This document shows, piece after piece, positions 26,636 to 36,561 of a stretch of DNA of 64,000 nt (positions are counted from its first letter, which is position 1; each line of letters starts with the position of its first letter). Under the pieces are notes generated by a model. That model saw only the letters and a list, made by a program, of their open reading frames with translations. It made no database searches and was not told the origin of the DNA. Made by a program: the position numbers and the translations under genes. The stretch lies in NCBI GenBank assembly GCA_027320175.1, contig DAHVLU010000024.1:16349-80348 (forward strand). Reading direction: 5' to 3'. This DNA comes from Nitrososphaerota archaeon (GTDB lineage Archaea > Thermoproteota > Nitrososphaeria > Nitrososphaerales > Gagatemarchaeaceae).

Positions 26636-27250
26636 TTGAGCCGTATCTGCGTGATAACCTCGAAGGCGCGGGCGTACTATGCTCTCGTATCGAGGTTGAG
26701 GAGAGCTGGCCTCCCGTTCTCGAGTCTGGTCTCTGAATCGAGCTTCGACGACTGCGACGTCGTGCTTACAACGGAAGACGAATCCGAGCGTTTCGGCGAC
26801 AAGGCCATGGTGCTGGAGCGCCTGGACGAGAGTCCAGGCATATTCAAGGGCCAGGTGGTGTCCCGCTTAGATGGAGAAGAAGACCTGATCCTCGTCGGGG
26901 TGGACCCTGGCAAGAGGACCGGAGTGGCCGTGTTCTATGGGCGGACCAAGCTTTCCTCCAATACGTTCGACTCCCCCGCGGCCGTCTCCTCGAGGGTCGC
27001 GGCGTACGCCAGGGCCCTGCCTGGCAGCCGGGTCCTCGTCAGGGTGGGGAACGGCAACAGGCATCTGGCAGCGAGACTGGCGGATGGTTTCGGCAGGGAG
27101 ATCCCCTCGGCTACCGTGGAGCTGGTCGACGAATCTGGTACTTCGAGGGCCCCGAAGATGAAGGGAGTCCAACGGGACCAGGCGGCGGCCGCCAAGATCG
27201 CGTTCAGGAGGGGAGAGGTCGTCAGCCACCCGACCAGAAGTCGTGGCTGA
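26636..27250 (+). CDS. Predicted RNase H-fold (RuvC/YqgF-like) nuclease
   Basis: LILVGVDPGKRTGVAVFYG resembles the first catalytic strand of RuvC/YqgF-type nucleases; later VELVDESGTS. Confidence 0.45.
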   Translation: MSRICVITSKARAYYALVSRLRRAGLPFSSLVSESSFDDCDVVLTTEDESERFGDKAMVLERLDESPGIFKGQVVSRLDGEEDLILVGVDPGKRTGVAVFYGRTKLSSNTFDSPAAVSSRVAAYARALPGSRVLVRVGNGNRHLAARLADGFGREIPSATVELVDESGTSRAPKMKGVQRDQAAAAKIAFRRGEVVSHPTRSRG

Positions 27251-29078
27251 GCGCTTCGATGGTGCCCGGAGACAGGTCGCCCACCACCATGTCGTCCCTC
27301 AGCCAAGAAGGCATCAACTCCGTCGCGGCCGGGCTCCCGAACCGCTCGTCGAGGAAGAAGACCATGCCCCTCTTCCCCGGACTCCGGACGTGTCTACCTG
27401 CGGCCTGGAACGCCTTGCGCAAGGCAGGGAGTCGCGATAGCACGAGATAGGAGTCCTGGCGCCCCGCGTGCTTCATGAACGCGTACTCGGCGTACATCAT
27501 CGGGGAGGGCGGCGGGACAGCGAGCCCTACTACGACGATCGAGCCCATGGCGCCTCCTTCGAAGTCTTCCCCTTCGGAGAACCTTCCTCCCTGGACCGCG
27601 AACAGGACCGAGTCTCCGGTGGACCTGAACGAGTCGAAGATCTCCGTGGCCTGGTCGTTTGACATCCCGGGCGCCTCGGCGACTATGTTGCGGTCGGACA
27701 CCCTCCTGGAGACCATCTCAGATATTGCCTGAAGGACGGAATAGGAGGGAGCGAAGACGCCCACCCCAGACGAGGTAGAATTGATCACCGCGGCGATGCG
27801 GCATGATATCTTAGAATACATCTCGGGGGTCCTGAGCTTGTAGCGCGTTGAGGTCCCAGTGTCCACCGCGGTCCTGACGGTCACTAGTGGGGCGGTGGGG
27901 GCTTGGTATGTCTCGATCGCCTCCGGGTCGAGCCCCACTGACCGTGCGAAGGCCGAGGAAGGGTTGACCGTCGCCGAGATGAGGACGGAGCTCGTGAAGC
28001 CCCCCAGATATTCGGAGGTCCCCCTCACTGGGTCGGGGTCCACCAACCCGATGCAGTCGTCCCACTTTACCAAGATGTTGGGAGTGGACGACGAAAGCTT
28101 GGCGAGGAAGTCTCCCACACGGAGAATCAGCGAGGGGAGCCTTCGTTCGTATATCACAGAGCCCCAGGCCGCGCCCGAACTTGCGCTCAACTCGAACGCA
28201 AGGTTCTGGAGCCAGGCAGTCCCCTGGTCGTTGCGGAACTTCTCGAGTACCGAGGCCCTGTCCAACTGCCACCTATTGCCCCCAGATATGACGCGTTCGA
28301 GCGATGTGCGCAGGACTGAGATCGACTTCGCTGCATCCTCCATGAGCATGGCCCTAGCCTCGCGTTCTGCGCCTTCCACCTGGCCCAGCGACAGGGTCGC
28401 AGACCCGATGCCCCTGTAGAAGTCTCTCAGGTTGTGGGCCTCGTCGACGACGAGCATGGTGTGGCCCCTGTCCGCCGGGCCTTGGTCGAAGATGACGTGC
28501 GCCGCCTTCGGGTCGAAGGCGTACTGGTAGGGTACCACGACGAGCTGGGCTTGGACCATCGCAAGCCTCGTCACCTCGTACGGGCAGACGTGAATCGTCT
28601 CCGACTCTCTTACGAGTTCCTGGTGGAGGGGCACCCGGGCCAGGGAACTGTCGACTAGGCGTCTGAACTCCTTCGTCAGCGGGACGTTCAGGAAGTAGGA
28701 GCAGAGGTTGTTGCTGGTGTTGAAAGTGCAATACCAGCCAAACGACTCTTGGGGGACGGCCCTGTGCCTCCTGAGGAGGCAGTAGTCGTACTTCGAGAGC
28801 ATCGACGCGGCCTTGAACGGGTGCTTCTGCTGGAGCCTCGCTATCTCTTCAACTACCCTGAAGATCTGGCGCTTCGTGCGGCATGCGTAGACTATCCTGC
28901 AACCGGTCTCCTCGGCTGCCGTGAGCGCCCCCGCCAATACCGCCGAGGTCTTCCCGAATCCGCTCATCGCCTCTGCGATCAGCGTCTGGCCGCCGCTGCA
29001 CGCGGCATATACCCGCTCTGCGAACTCCCTCTGGCCCGGGCGGAACGACTCGTAAGCGAACCGGTCGGAAACCTCCAC
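27222..29078 (-). CDS. xpd: XPD/Rad3-family 5'-3' DNA helicase (FeS-cluster helicase)
   Basis: FRPGQREFAERV, AMSGFGKTS (Walker A), Cys cluster (ACRTK, YDYCLL, NNLCSYF, HVCPYE), VVDEAHNL (DEAH box). Confidence 0.85.
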   Translation of the reverse strand: MEVSDRFAYESFRPGQREFAERVYAACSGGQTLIAEAMSGFGKTSAVLAGALTAAEETGCRIVYACRTKRQIFRVVEEIARLQQKHPFKAASMLSKYDYCLLRRHRAVPQESFGWYCTFNTSNNLCSYFLNVPLTKEFRRLVDSSLARVPLHQELVRESETIHVCPYEVTRLAMVQAQLVVVPYQYAFDPKAAHVIFDQGPADRGHTMLVVDEAHNLRDFYRGIGSATLSLGQVEGAEREARAMLMEDAAKSISVLRTSLERVISGGNRWQLDRASVLEKFRNDQGTAWLQNLAFELSASSGAAWGSVIYERRLPSLILRVGDFLAKLSSSTPNILVKWDDCIGLVDPDPVRGTSEYLGGFTSSVLISATVNPSSAFARSVGLDPEAIETYQAPTAPLVTVRTAVDTGTSTRYKLRTPEMYSKISCRIAAVINSTSSGVGVFAPSYSVLQAISEMVSRRVSDRNIVAEAPGMSNDQATEIFDSFRSTGDSVLFAVQGGRFSEGEDFEGGAMGSIVVVGLAVPPPSPMMYAEYAFMKHAGRQDSYLVLSRLPALRKAFQAAGRHVRSPGKRGMVFFLDERFGSPAATELMPSWLRDDMVVGDLSPGTIEALSHDFWSGG

Positions 29079-29117
29079 GCGATATTAGGGCGCCGGACTA
29101 TATTACGACCAATATCA

Positions 29118-30398
29118 TCAGGCGGATGTGGCGAAGTCCTCTTCCCTGAACATCTTCGACGCCGCCTTCGCCACCGCCACCCTGTTCTCCTGAGTGGTAT
29201 AGACGCGCAGCACGTCCATGAAGCCGGCTATGGAACCCACCAGGGACAGCTCGCTCAGAGGGACCGCCTTCACCACCCTCCTCTTTCCCTCCGACTTGAG
29301 CAGGCTGACCTCCCTCAGCACCCCCTTGGAGTAGGTGTAGGGCACAGAGGGCGTGGTGGGGACATCGAGATAGAGCTTGCCGGGGTCCACGCCCGAAGCC
29401 CTCGCCATCCCTGCAACCGCCTTCCTTCTCGCCGACTCGTCTGCGAAGAGGAGTCCGACCTCCTCGTCCTTCCTCTGCACCACCCTCTCGAAAACGCACT
29501 TCACGAGCCTTCTGTCGTTGAAGTCAGACGCAAGCCGCCTTGCCTCCTTCAGGGCCGGCGTAGCGGGGTCGAGCGTGACCAATCTGTGAATGACGAGTTC
29601 GTCGGTGAGGTCGAGGTACTTCGAGAGGTCAGACAAATCTGTCAGGCCGAGCACCCCATCGGCAAGCTGCATCGAGCGCACCAGCATCAGCTCGGCGGCC
29701 CTTACTGTACGATGGAAGTAGACTGCCTTGAACATCTCGTAGCGGGCGAGCAGCAGCGCCTCGTATGCATAGAGGGCGGCGTCATCGATCACGAGATGCC
29801 CCCCTGCTACGTGCAGGGAGTCCATCACCCTCTGGGCGTCGACCTTCCCATACTCGACCCCTGTGAAGTAAGAGTCTCTGGGAAGATAATCCATCATGTC
29901 TGCGCTCAGACTCCCAGCTATGATTTCGTTCATGAACGGCGGCTTGGTCCTCTGCCTCCCGACGGCGAACTCGGACATCCTCTTCGGCGAGAAACCGTTT
30001 CTGTTCAGTATGTCCCCGATGGAGGTCTCGAGGATGACCCGCTGGGAGATCTCTTCGTGCGACTTGCCCGCGAGGACGTCCTCGTACATGTGGGAAAATG
30101 GGCCGTGGCCGACGTCGTGGAGAAGCGCGGCTACGCGCACCTCCTGCGCAAGGTCCGGGTCCAGCTCAGACCCGCGGACGAGCGCGTCCGCTATCTGGCC
30201 CGCCACGTGCATGGTCCCGATGACGTGCTCGAACCTTGTGTGAGTGGCGCCGGGGTAGACCAGATACGCCCCTGCAAGCTGGTGGATTCGCCTGAGCCTC
30301 TGGATGAAGGGGGAATCGATGAGCTCTTTCTCGACCTGGGTCATCCTGATGTAGCCGTGGACCGGATCTCTGATCTCGGCCACCGGGTTGAGCTTCAA
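29118..30398 (-). CDS. HD-domain phosphohydrolase (dNTP triphosphohydrolase/SAMHD1-like)
   Basis: IRDPVHGYI...FIQRLRRIHQLAGAYLVYPGATHTRFEHVIGT, LLHDVGHGPFSH, DYLPRDSYFTG. Confidence 0.8.
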   Translation of the reverse strand: MKLNPVAEIRDPVHGYIRMTQVEKELIDSPFIQRLRRIHQLAGAYLVYPGATHTRFEHVIGTMHVAGQIADALVRGSELDPDLAQEVRVAALLHDVGHGPFSHMYEDVLAGKSHEEISQRVILETSIGDILNRNGFSPKRMSEFAVGRQRTKPPFMNEIIAGSLSADMMDYLPRDSYFTGVEYGKVDAQRVMDSLHVAGGHLVIDDAALYAYEALLLARYEMFKAVYFHRTVRAAELMLVRSMQLADGVLGLTDLSDLSKYLDLTDELVIHRLVTLDPATPALKEARRLASDFNDRRLVKCVFERVVQRKDEEVGLLFADESARRKAVAGMARASGVDPGKLYLDVPTTPSVPYTYSKGVLREVSLLKSEGKRRVVKAVPLSELSLVGSIAGFMDVLRVYTTQENRVAVAKAASKMFREEDFATSA

Positions 30399-30424
30399 CC
30401 GGCCGGAAAAGCGGTCTTGGCGTC

Positions 30425-31033
30425 TTAAACGGTTCGGCCGCCGGCTGCGAGGGCCTTGGTGACCGCGGCCCTGACCGACTCCGCCGTCTCATCAATCCGC
30501 CTATTGGCGTCGACCAAGGTCCAGCCGAACTTGGCAGCGAGGTCGGAGTATGCCCTTCGCGCCTTCGACTGGAGGTCCATATTGCGCTCGTAGGAGTCCT
30601 TGGACCCTCTCCTGGGCGCGAGGGCCGCTGGCGAGGCGTCGAGCACCAGCGTCAGGTTGGGCACGGGGAGGCCTGACTCGATGCCCATCAGCCAGTCGAG
30701 TTGCAGGCCGTTGGAAATGCCGTACGCGAGGTTCGACCCCGAGTACCTGTCCACTATCACTACGTCCATCCTCAGGAGCATGCCTTCCAGCTCCCCTATC
30801 GTCTCCCACCTGTTGGCGGCGTAAAGCATTGCCCTGACCTGGGGAGGATAGTGCGCCTTCCCCGTCAGAAACTTTCTGATCTCCTTCCCTATCGTCGTCC
30901 CGTAGACCGGATACGACAGGGTGCGGGTGGACATCCCCCGTTGCTGGAGCCACGCCTTCAGGAGTGATGTCTGGGTCCGCTTCCCAACCGCGTCCACCCC
31001 TTCGATGGCGATGAATAGATGGCTCCGCCCCAT
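30425..31033 (-). CDS. tmk: Thymidylate kinase
   Basis: FIAIEGVDAVGKRTQ P-loop, DRYSGSNLAYG. Confidence 0.85.
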   Translation of the reverse strand: MGRSHLFIAIEGVDAVGKRTQTSLLKAWLQQRGMSTRTLSYPVYGTTIGKEIRKFLTGKAHYPPQVRAMLYAANRWETIGELEGMLLRMDVVIVDRYSGSNLAYGISNGLQLDWLMGIESGLPVPNLTLVLDASPAALAPRRGSKDSYERNMDLQSKARRAYSDLAAKFGWTLVDANRRIDETAESVRAAVTKALAAGGRTV

Positions 31034-31069
31034 GATGAGGTGTGGCTATGGTGCGTCTAAATCCGTTTC

Positions 31070-32851
31070 CTAGAACAGTACCGACAGCATGAAGAGCGCC
31101 GCCACGGCTGCGACCCCGAACCTGAGGTACGCGCGAGCGAACCTGGAGCTCGCCTGGGTAATCGCCGCGAACTCCTCCAGGGCCTTGGAACCGAAAACCC
31201 TGACCTGAGTCTTCGACCGCGCAGCGCCGAATTCAGCCTCCGAGAGCCTTGGGTCAGCGAGCCGGGCCAGGTCGACCGCGAGTTTGGCTATGGAACCGAC
31301 CGGAGTCGCTTCGCCGAGCGCTTCGTACCCCCTTTCGACGGTCAAGCCCCTGGCGGCCAGATTGTGGCTGTCCGACGTGCAGAACTCGATCAGCCCGTAG
31401 CCGGCCGATGCGAGCGCCGTGGACACTTCGCCTCTCAGCCTGGAGACCGCGTTGTTCGCGTCTGCGAGCATGAGCACAGATTTGACTCCGCCAGACTGTA
31501 TCATGAACAAGCCGACGCCGTTCTCCGTGATGTCCCTCCCTCCCCTGAACCCCGCCTCGCTCGAGTGGGCGTAGGCGACGCTGAACTTGGCGGCCTTGGC
31601 CGCCTTGGCGTCGGCGAAGAGCCTCTCCCACCCAGGGTCGTTCGTGACCGGCGCCTCGAGGGCGTGGTCTATCGAGTTGTGGGCGTCGACCACGGAAAGG
31701 TCGAAGCCAGCTTCTTCCGCGGCGCGGGCGAGGTCGGTCTCGACTGTGATGTCGAGGTCGTCCGACCCCAAAGGAGCGAATGAAATCGTCAGCAGCATGT
31801 CGTCGGAGAACGCGGTCGCGCATGCCTTCGCCTTCCCCACCACGGCTGACAGCGGGCCCCTGACCGCAGCCTTGGCGGCGGTGGGCGTGATCGACTGCGC
31901 CAACTCCTTCACCGCCGCGGCATATTTTGCGGCGTCGGCCCTGGTGGCAAGGTTGTACTCGTGGCCCCCTGGCTTGTGCAGGGTCATGGCAGGCCCCACG
32001 TCCCTGAGCTCCCGGCCGATGACCCCCGGAAGGTCGTAGCTCCCCACTGGGTGGAACGGCCCCGGGTGCACCCCGGGCAGGACGAGGAAGAACTCCCCGG
32101 TCTTTGACCTGAACCGCAGCACCCTGGTGGTGACCGTCGCCGTTTCAGAGTGGTCGGCGATTATCCCCTCGAGCTCGTCGGCGTCCCCTGCGGTCCATGT
32201 TTTCATGAATGCCTGGAAGAGGCTCAGCGAGTCGTGGCCGAGGCTCGTCTTGGTCCGCCTGAGAGACAGCGGGAAGGCGACGATTATCGCGACGGAAACC
32301 ACCCCGAGGGCGACCGCTAGTGGGTCCAGACCCCTGACGACGGGGGCGAGCCCGACGACCAGCAGGGTGGCGGCGGGATGGAGGGCCGAGAGGCCCAGGG
32401 ACAGCCCCACGTTCTTGGTGAAGGCTCCGTTGATGATCAGGAACTCCAGACCCGCGCAGATGAAGGCCCCATAGACCAGCGCGTTCCCGGCCGGCTTCGG
32501 CGACCCCACGGCCCAGGCATACGCTGCCCCAGCCGCACTGAATGCCAGCCAGAGCAGCTCCCCCGCCAAGAGGAGCGCCGAGACCCGGCGCATGTTTGCT
32601 ATGGTCTTCCTGTCCGCGATGTTCAGGGCGCTTGACATGGCCGCAGCAGAAAGGACGAAGACTGCGAAAGCAGGGACGAGCGACACCGCGCCCGAGACCC
32701 CTCTGGAGACCAGGACGAGGCCGAGCGATGCCAATGCCCCATAGAACAGGAGACGGAGGGAGGAAGGGAGGACGAAGAGGTGTCTGTACCGGCTTGCGAG
32801 TGTCTCCGTGGCAGAGGCTGTGCTCAGGTCACGCGAAGATGTTGATGACAA
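31070..32851 (-). CDS. Multi-pass membrane protein with large soluble C-terminal region (DUF2070-like, tentative)
   Basis: About 6 N-terminal TM segments and a terminal TM (AAVAALFMLSVLF). 593 aa. The family call comes from size and architecture only. Confidence 0.5.
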   Translation of the reverse strand: MSSTSSRDLSTASATETLASRYRHLFVLPSSLRLLFYGALASLGLVLVSRGVSGAVSLVPAFAVFVLSAAAMSSALNIADRKTIANMRRVSALLLAGELLWLAFSAAGAAYAWAVGSPKPAGNALVYGAFICAGLEFLIINGAFTKNVGLSLGLSALHPAATLLVVGLAPVVRGLDPLAVALGVVSVAIIVAFPLSLRRTKTSLGHDSLSLFQAFMKTWTAGDADELEGIIADHSETATVTTRVLRFRSKTGEFFLVLPGVHPGPFHPVGSYDLPGVIGRELRDVGPAMTLHKPGGHEYNLATRADAAKYAAAVKELAQSITPTAAKAAVRGPLSAVVGKAKACATAFSDDMLLTISFAPLGSDDLDITVETDLARAAEEAGFDLSVVDAHNSIDHALEAPVTNDPGWERLFADAKAAKAAKFSVAYAHSSEAGFRGGRDITENGVGLFMIQSGGVKSVLMLADANNAVSRLRGEVSTALASAGYGLIEFCTSDSHNLAARGLTVERGYEALGEATPVGSIAKLAVDLARLADPRLSEAEFGAARSKTQVRVFGSKALEEFAAITQASSRFARAYLRFGVAAVAALFMLSVLF

Positions 32852-32987
32852 TCGACACAGCTATGAGCACAACTGAACCGATCAGGACCACTTCGGGCCT
32901 GATCTTCACGCCCTGAGTCTCTTCGTTGAAGAATGTGAGCAGGCCAGCGCTCGAAGCGGGCATCGGTGCGTTGTCCTTCTTACTCAT
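32829..32987 (-). CDS. sec61b: Protein translocase subunit Sec61-beta (52 aa, below the ORF-track cutoff)
   Basis: MSKKDNAPMPASSAGLLTFFNEETQGVKIRPEVVLIGSVVLIAVSIVINIFA: SAGL motif followed by a single C-terminal TM. Confidence 0.8.
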   Translation of the reverse strand: MSKKDNAPMPASSAGLLTFFNEETQGVKIRPEVVLIGSVVLIAVSIVINIFA

Positions 32988-33033
32988 CAGGAGTTCGGAG
33001 CTCCTCCAGAGTTCTTAAGCCTAGCGCCGGGCA

Positions 33034-34440
33034 TCAGACGAACCCGCTTTCAGTGAGCTTCGTGACCACGCCCCCCCAGAACCTCCCGCTCATAGTGAAG
33101 AGGGCGGACAGCCCGACGAGCGCCCCTCCCCCAATCACGGCGATGATTGGGAATATGGTCGCGACGGAGACGAGCAGGAAGACCCCCACAAGGGGGATGG
33201 CCGTGGACATCTGCCTCAGGCTGAACTGGGCCGGCATCATCAGGTCGTCCCCCTTCACCTGAATCGGGGCCACGTACGCGGCCCACAGTATCTCGACGAC
33301 GTAGGAACCAGGGATGACGACCGCTACCACGACGAAGGCCCCGAGGGCTTCGGCATACCCCAGCGCGAAGAGCCCCAGGTCGGCGATGGCGAAGGGGGCC
33401 AGGATGAGGAAGAGAGCCACCACCCGCGACGCCACCAGATGGCGGAAGTACACGCTCGGTGGGAGAGACGTAAGGCAAAGCCAGATCCGCTCGTTGGTTA
33501 TCGCCGACTGAGAGAAGAAGAACGACATGAACGCCAATGCGATGGCCACTGCGAGCGCGGCCGGAAGCGAATTGGGGGCGGCGAACTGGGCAGGCGGTCC
33601 CAGATAGAGCACAGACGCAAAGTAAGCAGCCGCCGCCACCGATGTCGCGGTGACGACCCAGCGGGTCTTGACCCGTCTCGAGACATACCTCGAGGCCCCA
33701 GCCATGTTCATCCTGCCGGCGAGAGACAGTGCCGAGAGGTTCATCGAATAGATGGCTCCCACAGGGCTCTTGCCCGAATAGGTTACCTGGGATTTGATTT
33801 CCGACGAAGACGACTTCACCAGGTTCTTCATCATGTCCAGCTCTATCCGTGAAAGGCCCCTGAACGCCGCGGCGGTGGTCGCAGCGCCCAACACCAACAG
33901 CGTCGCGGTCCCGGCATAGACGTTCCCGTTGAACGGGGCGCCTGGTGAGAATGGGAACTTGGCGATGCCGAGGAGGGTCCAGACAGCTACCGCGACGGCG
34001 AGAGAAAGGCGCACCTTGGTGCCCAGCGACGTAGCGAGTATCCCGAGCGAGGTGAAGGTCAGGGCCAGGGCGACCAGGTCCGCCACCAGGAAGACAGACG
34101 CGAGCGACTGCGACAGGTAGACGAACATGAAGAGGATTGTAATTCCGAAGGCGATGAACTGTGAGAAGAAGATCGCGATGGAGAGGTCTCTGTGACTGAG
34201 AGGGAGCGTGAAGAGGTAGTCCCGGTCAGATTTCAGCACCATCACCCCGCCGGTGGCCAGCGCCATAGCGAGGAAGAGTGCGATTATCGCAGTGCCGTAG
34301 TAACTCAGGATGAGGTTCTCACTTTGGGGAGGGACGACGGACGATATCCCGAGTTCGTAGACGACCAAGATCACCATGAGTATCAGGAACGGCCTGGAGA
34401 ACCGCGTCCGGATGATGAACTTCAGCAGCCTAGGCAGCAT
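33034..34440 (-). CDS. ABC-2-type transporter permease-like membrane protein
   Basis: 468 aa and highly hydrophobic. Overlaps the upstream ABC ATPase gene by 11 nt. Confidence 0.6.
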   Translation of the reverse strand: MLPRLLKFIIRTRFSRPFLILMVILVVYELGISSVVPPQSENLILSYYGTAIIALFLAMALATGGVMVLKSDRDYLFTLPLSHRDLSIAIFFSQFIAFGITILFMFVYLSQSLASVFLVADLVALALTFTSLGILATSLGTKVRLSLAVAVAVWTLLGIAKFPFSPGAPFNGNVYAGTATLLVLGAATTAAAFRGLSRIELDMMKNLVKSSSSEIKSQVTYSGKSPVGAIYSMNLSALSLAGRMNMAGASRYVSRRVKTRWVVTATSVAAAAYFASVLYLGPPAQFAAPNSLPAALAVAIALAFMSFFFSQSAITNERIWLCLTSLPPSVYFRHLVASRVVALFLILAPFAIADLGLFALGYAEALGAFVVVAVVIPGSYVVEILWAAYVAPIQVKGDDLMMPAQFSLRQMSTAIPLVGVFLLVSVATIFPIIAVIGGGALVGLSALFTMSGRFWGGVVTKLTESGFV

Positions 34441-35218
34441 CTGTCATCATTCTCGCCACGATCTTCTCGATCGGCTCGTCTGGCGAGCCTCTCTTCCTGA
34501 GTTCGGCTATGGTCCCCTCCCAAAGGAACTGACCCTTCGTGATCATGACGACGCTGTCCGTGAGCCTGTCTGCTATCGCCATTATGTGGGTCGATACGAG
34601 GTGAGTCCCCTCCAGTTTGTCTAGGAGGCCGATCACCTTCTCCTGGGTCGGGATGTCGAGATAGTTGAGCGGCTCGTCGAGGAGGAGTATCTTGGGGGAG
34701 TGCACCAGGGCCAGCGCGATGGCCAGCTTCTGTGTGTTCCCCCTAGAAAGCCGTCCGACGTTCGCCTTCTCGTACTGTCGGAGATCCAGCTCGTCCAGGA
34801 GGAAGTCGACCCTGTCTTTCGTGTCCGGCACGCCTCTGAGGGCCCCGATGTATTCGAGGTTCTCCCGGACAGAAAGCATCCTGTAGGGGAGGGCGTCCTC
34901 TGGTAGATACCCCACCAGGGATTTGGCTTCTCTGCTGTCGGGTGCGAAGCCCTGGACCTTGACGTATCCTGTGTCAGGTTTCAGGGAGCCGATGAGGAGC
35001 TTCAGCGTCGTCGACTTCCCTGCTCCGTTCGGCCCAAGCAACGCGAACCTCCCCCCGGCTGGAATCTCAAAGGTGAGGTCGCTGAGGGCCGGAACCTGGC
35101 CGTACGATTTGCTGACGTGAGTGAGCTCGATGCTGGCGCGCGAACCATCATTGGAAGAAGCCAACCTAGACGTTCCGACCCTGAGCCCCCCGGGCGTATA
35201 AACGAACCCGCCCGACAT
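34430..35218 (-). CDS. ABC transporter ATP-binding protein
   Basis: [11 protein letters not shown] (Walker A), [15 protein letters not shown] (signature), [11 protein letters not shown] (Walker B). Confidence 0.9.
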   Translation of the reverse strand: MSGGFVYTPGGLRVGTSRLASSNDGSRASIELTHVSKSYGQVPALSDLTFEIPAGGRFALLGPNGAGKSTTLKLLIGSLKPDTGYVKVQGFAPDSREAKSLVGYLPEDALPYRMLSVRENLEYIGALRGVPDTKDRVDFLLDELDLRQYEKANVGRLSRGNTQKLAIALALVHSPKILLLDEPLNYLDIPTQEKVIGLLDKLEGTHLVSTHIMAIADRLTDSVVMITKGQFLWEGTIAELRKRGSPDEPIEKIVARMMTDAA

Positions 35219-35271
35219 GCGGCCCGCTTATCTCCAAACACGTATAATCGACGTTCGGGCGCCAAAGGCCC

Positions 35272-36561
35272 ATGCCCTCGTACGAATCCGAGTTCAAGTC
35301 GGTGATAAGGAAAGTCAGGTCGCACGAGAAATGGTTCTCACAAAGCCTCCCGATGATAGCCAGCGAGAACCTGGCGTCGGAGCCGGTCCGGAGAGTCCTC
35401 TCCTCGGACCTCGGGCACAGGTATGCCGAAGGTTGGCCCGGAGAGAGGGTCTACGCGGGGTGCAGGTACATCGACCAGATAGAGCTCCAGGCGATGGCGC
35501 TGGGGAAGAAGCTCTTCAGGGCGGACCACGTCGACGTCAGGCCGGTGTCCGGGGTGAACGCCAACCTGGCCGTCTATTCCGCGTTGAGCGGGCCTGGAGA
35601 CACGCTGATGGCGCTCTCGATCCCCAACGGGGGGCATATTTCGCACGGGAAGAAGGACTTCGGCGGCACCGCCGGCCTCGTTCATTCTCTGGAAGTATCA
35701 TACTTCGCCTTCGACAAAGAAGCAATGAACATCGACGTCGATGAGACGAAGAAGAGGATAGCCGCCCTGCCCTCGCTGAAGCTCGCGATGTTCGGATGCA
35801 GCCTCTTCCTCTTCCCTCATCCCGTAAAGGAGCTGACGCAGGCGATTCACGACAAGGGAGGGACCGTCTGCTACGACGCCGCCCATGTAGCAGGGCTCAT
35901 CGCCGGCGGACAGTTCCAGGACCCCCTGCGGGAAGGGGCCCAGGTGATGACGTTCAGCACCCACAAGGTGCTCTTCGGCCCCCAGGGCGGAGCGATAGCG
36001 TCGACCGCCGAGCTGGCCGAGCCGCTGAAGAAAGCGGTCTTCCCTGGCACGGCAAGCAACCACCACCTGCACAACGTCGCAGCGAAGGCTATGGTCTTCG
36101 CGGAGTTCCTGCAGTTCGGGCGGAGATATGCGAAGGACGTTGTGGCGAACGCCCAGACGCTCGCCGTCAGGCTGGCTGAGCTCGGGGAGAAGGTCCTGGG
36201 CGAAAAACATGGGTACACGAAGTCCCATCAGGTGGCCCTGGACGTGACCAAGTACTCCGACGGCGGAGTCGTGGAGAAGCTCCTCGAGGACCAGAACATC
36301 ATATGCAACAGGGAACCGATCCCCGGCGACCTGCAGGCGGGCAGGCACTACACCAACCCCGGCGGCATACGCCTGGGGGTGGCGGAGCTCACGCGCCTGG
36401 GGATGGGAAGGTCGGAGATGAAAGAGATCGCCGAGCTGGTGCATCTGGGCATGGGGGGAGCCAGGAAACGTGAAGTCGTCATCAGGACCAAAGAGCTGAG
36501 GCGGAGGTTCCAGAAGGTCAAGTACTCCTTCAGGGACTCGCCGGCCTACTCATTTGGCTAG
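35272..36561 (+). CDS. glyA: Serine hydroxymethyltransferase
   Basis: MIASENLAS, RYAEGWPGERVYAGC, GGHISHG, PLP-lysine context TFSTHKVLFGPQGG. Confidence 0.9.
   Translation: MPSYESEFKSVIRKVRSHEKWFSQSLPMIASENLASEPVRRVLSSDLGHRYAEGWPGERVYAGCRYIDQIELQAMALGKKLFRADHVDVRPVSGVNANLAVYSALSGPGDTLMALSIPNGGHISHGKKDFGGTAGLVHSLEVSYFAFDKEAMNIDVDETKKRIAALPSLKLAMFGCSLFLFPHPVKELTQAIHDKGGTVCYDAAHVAGLIAGGQFQDPLREGAQVMTFSTHKVLFGPQGGAIASTAELAEPLKKAVFPGTASNHHLHNVAAKAMVFAEFLQFGRRYAKDVVANAQTLAVRLAELGEKVLGEKHGYTKSHQVALDVTKYSDGGVVEKLLEDQNIICNREPIPGDLQAGRHYTNPGGIRLGVAELTRLGMGRSEMKEIAELVHLGMGGARKREVVIRTKELRRRFQKVKYSFRDSPAYSFG

Noticed and set aside
28749-30428. 559-aa plus-strand ORF
   Set aside because: It is antisense to the XPD and HD-hydrolase genes, which have clear motifs. 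Its translation is rich in Arg, Pro, Gly and Leu and has no motifs. It is a typical high-GC shadow ORF.
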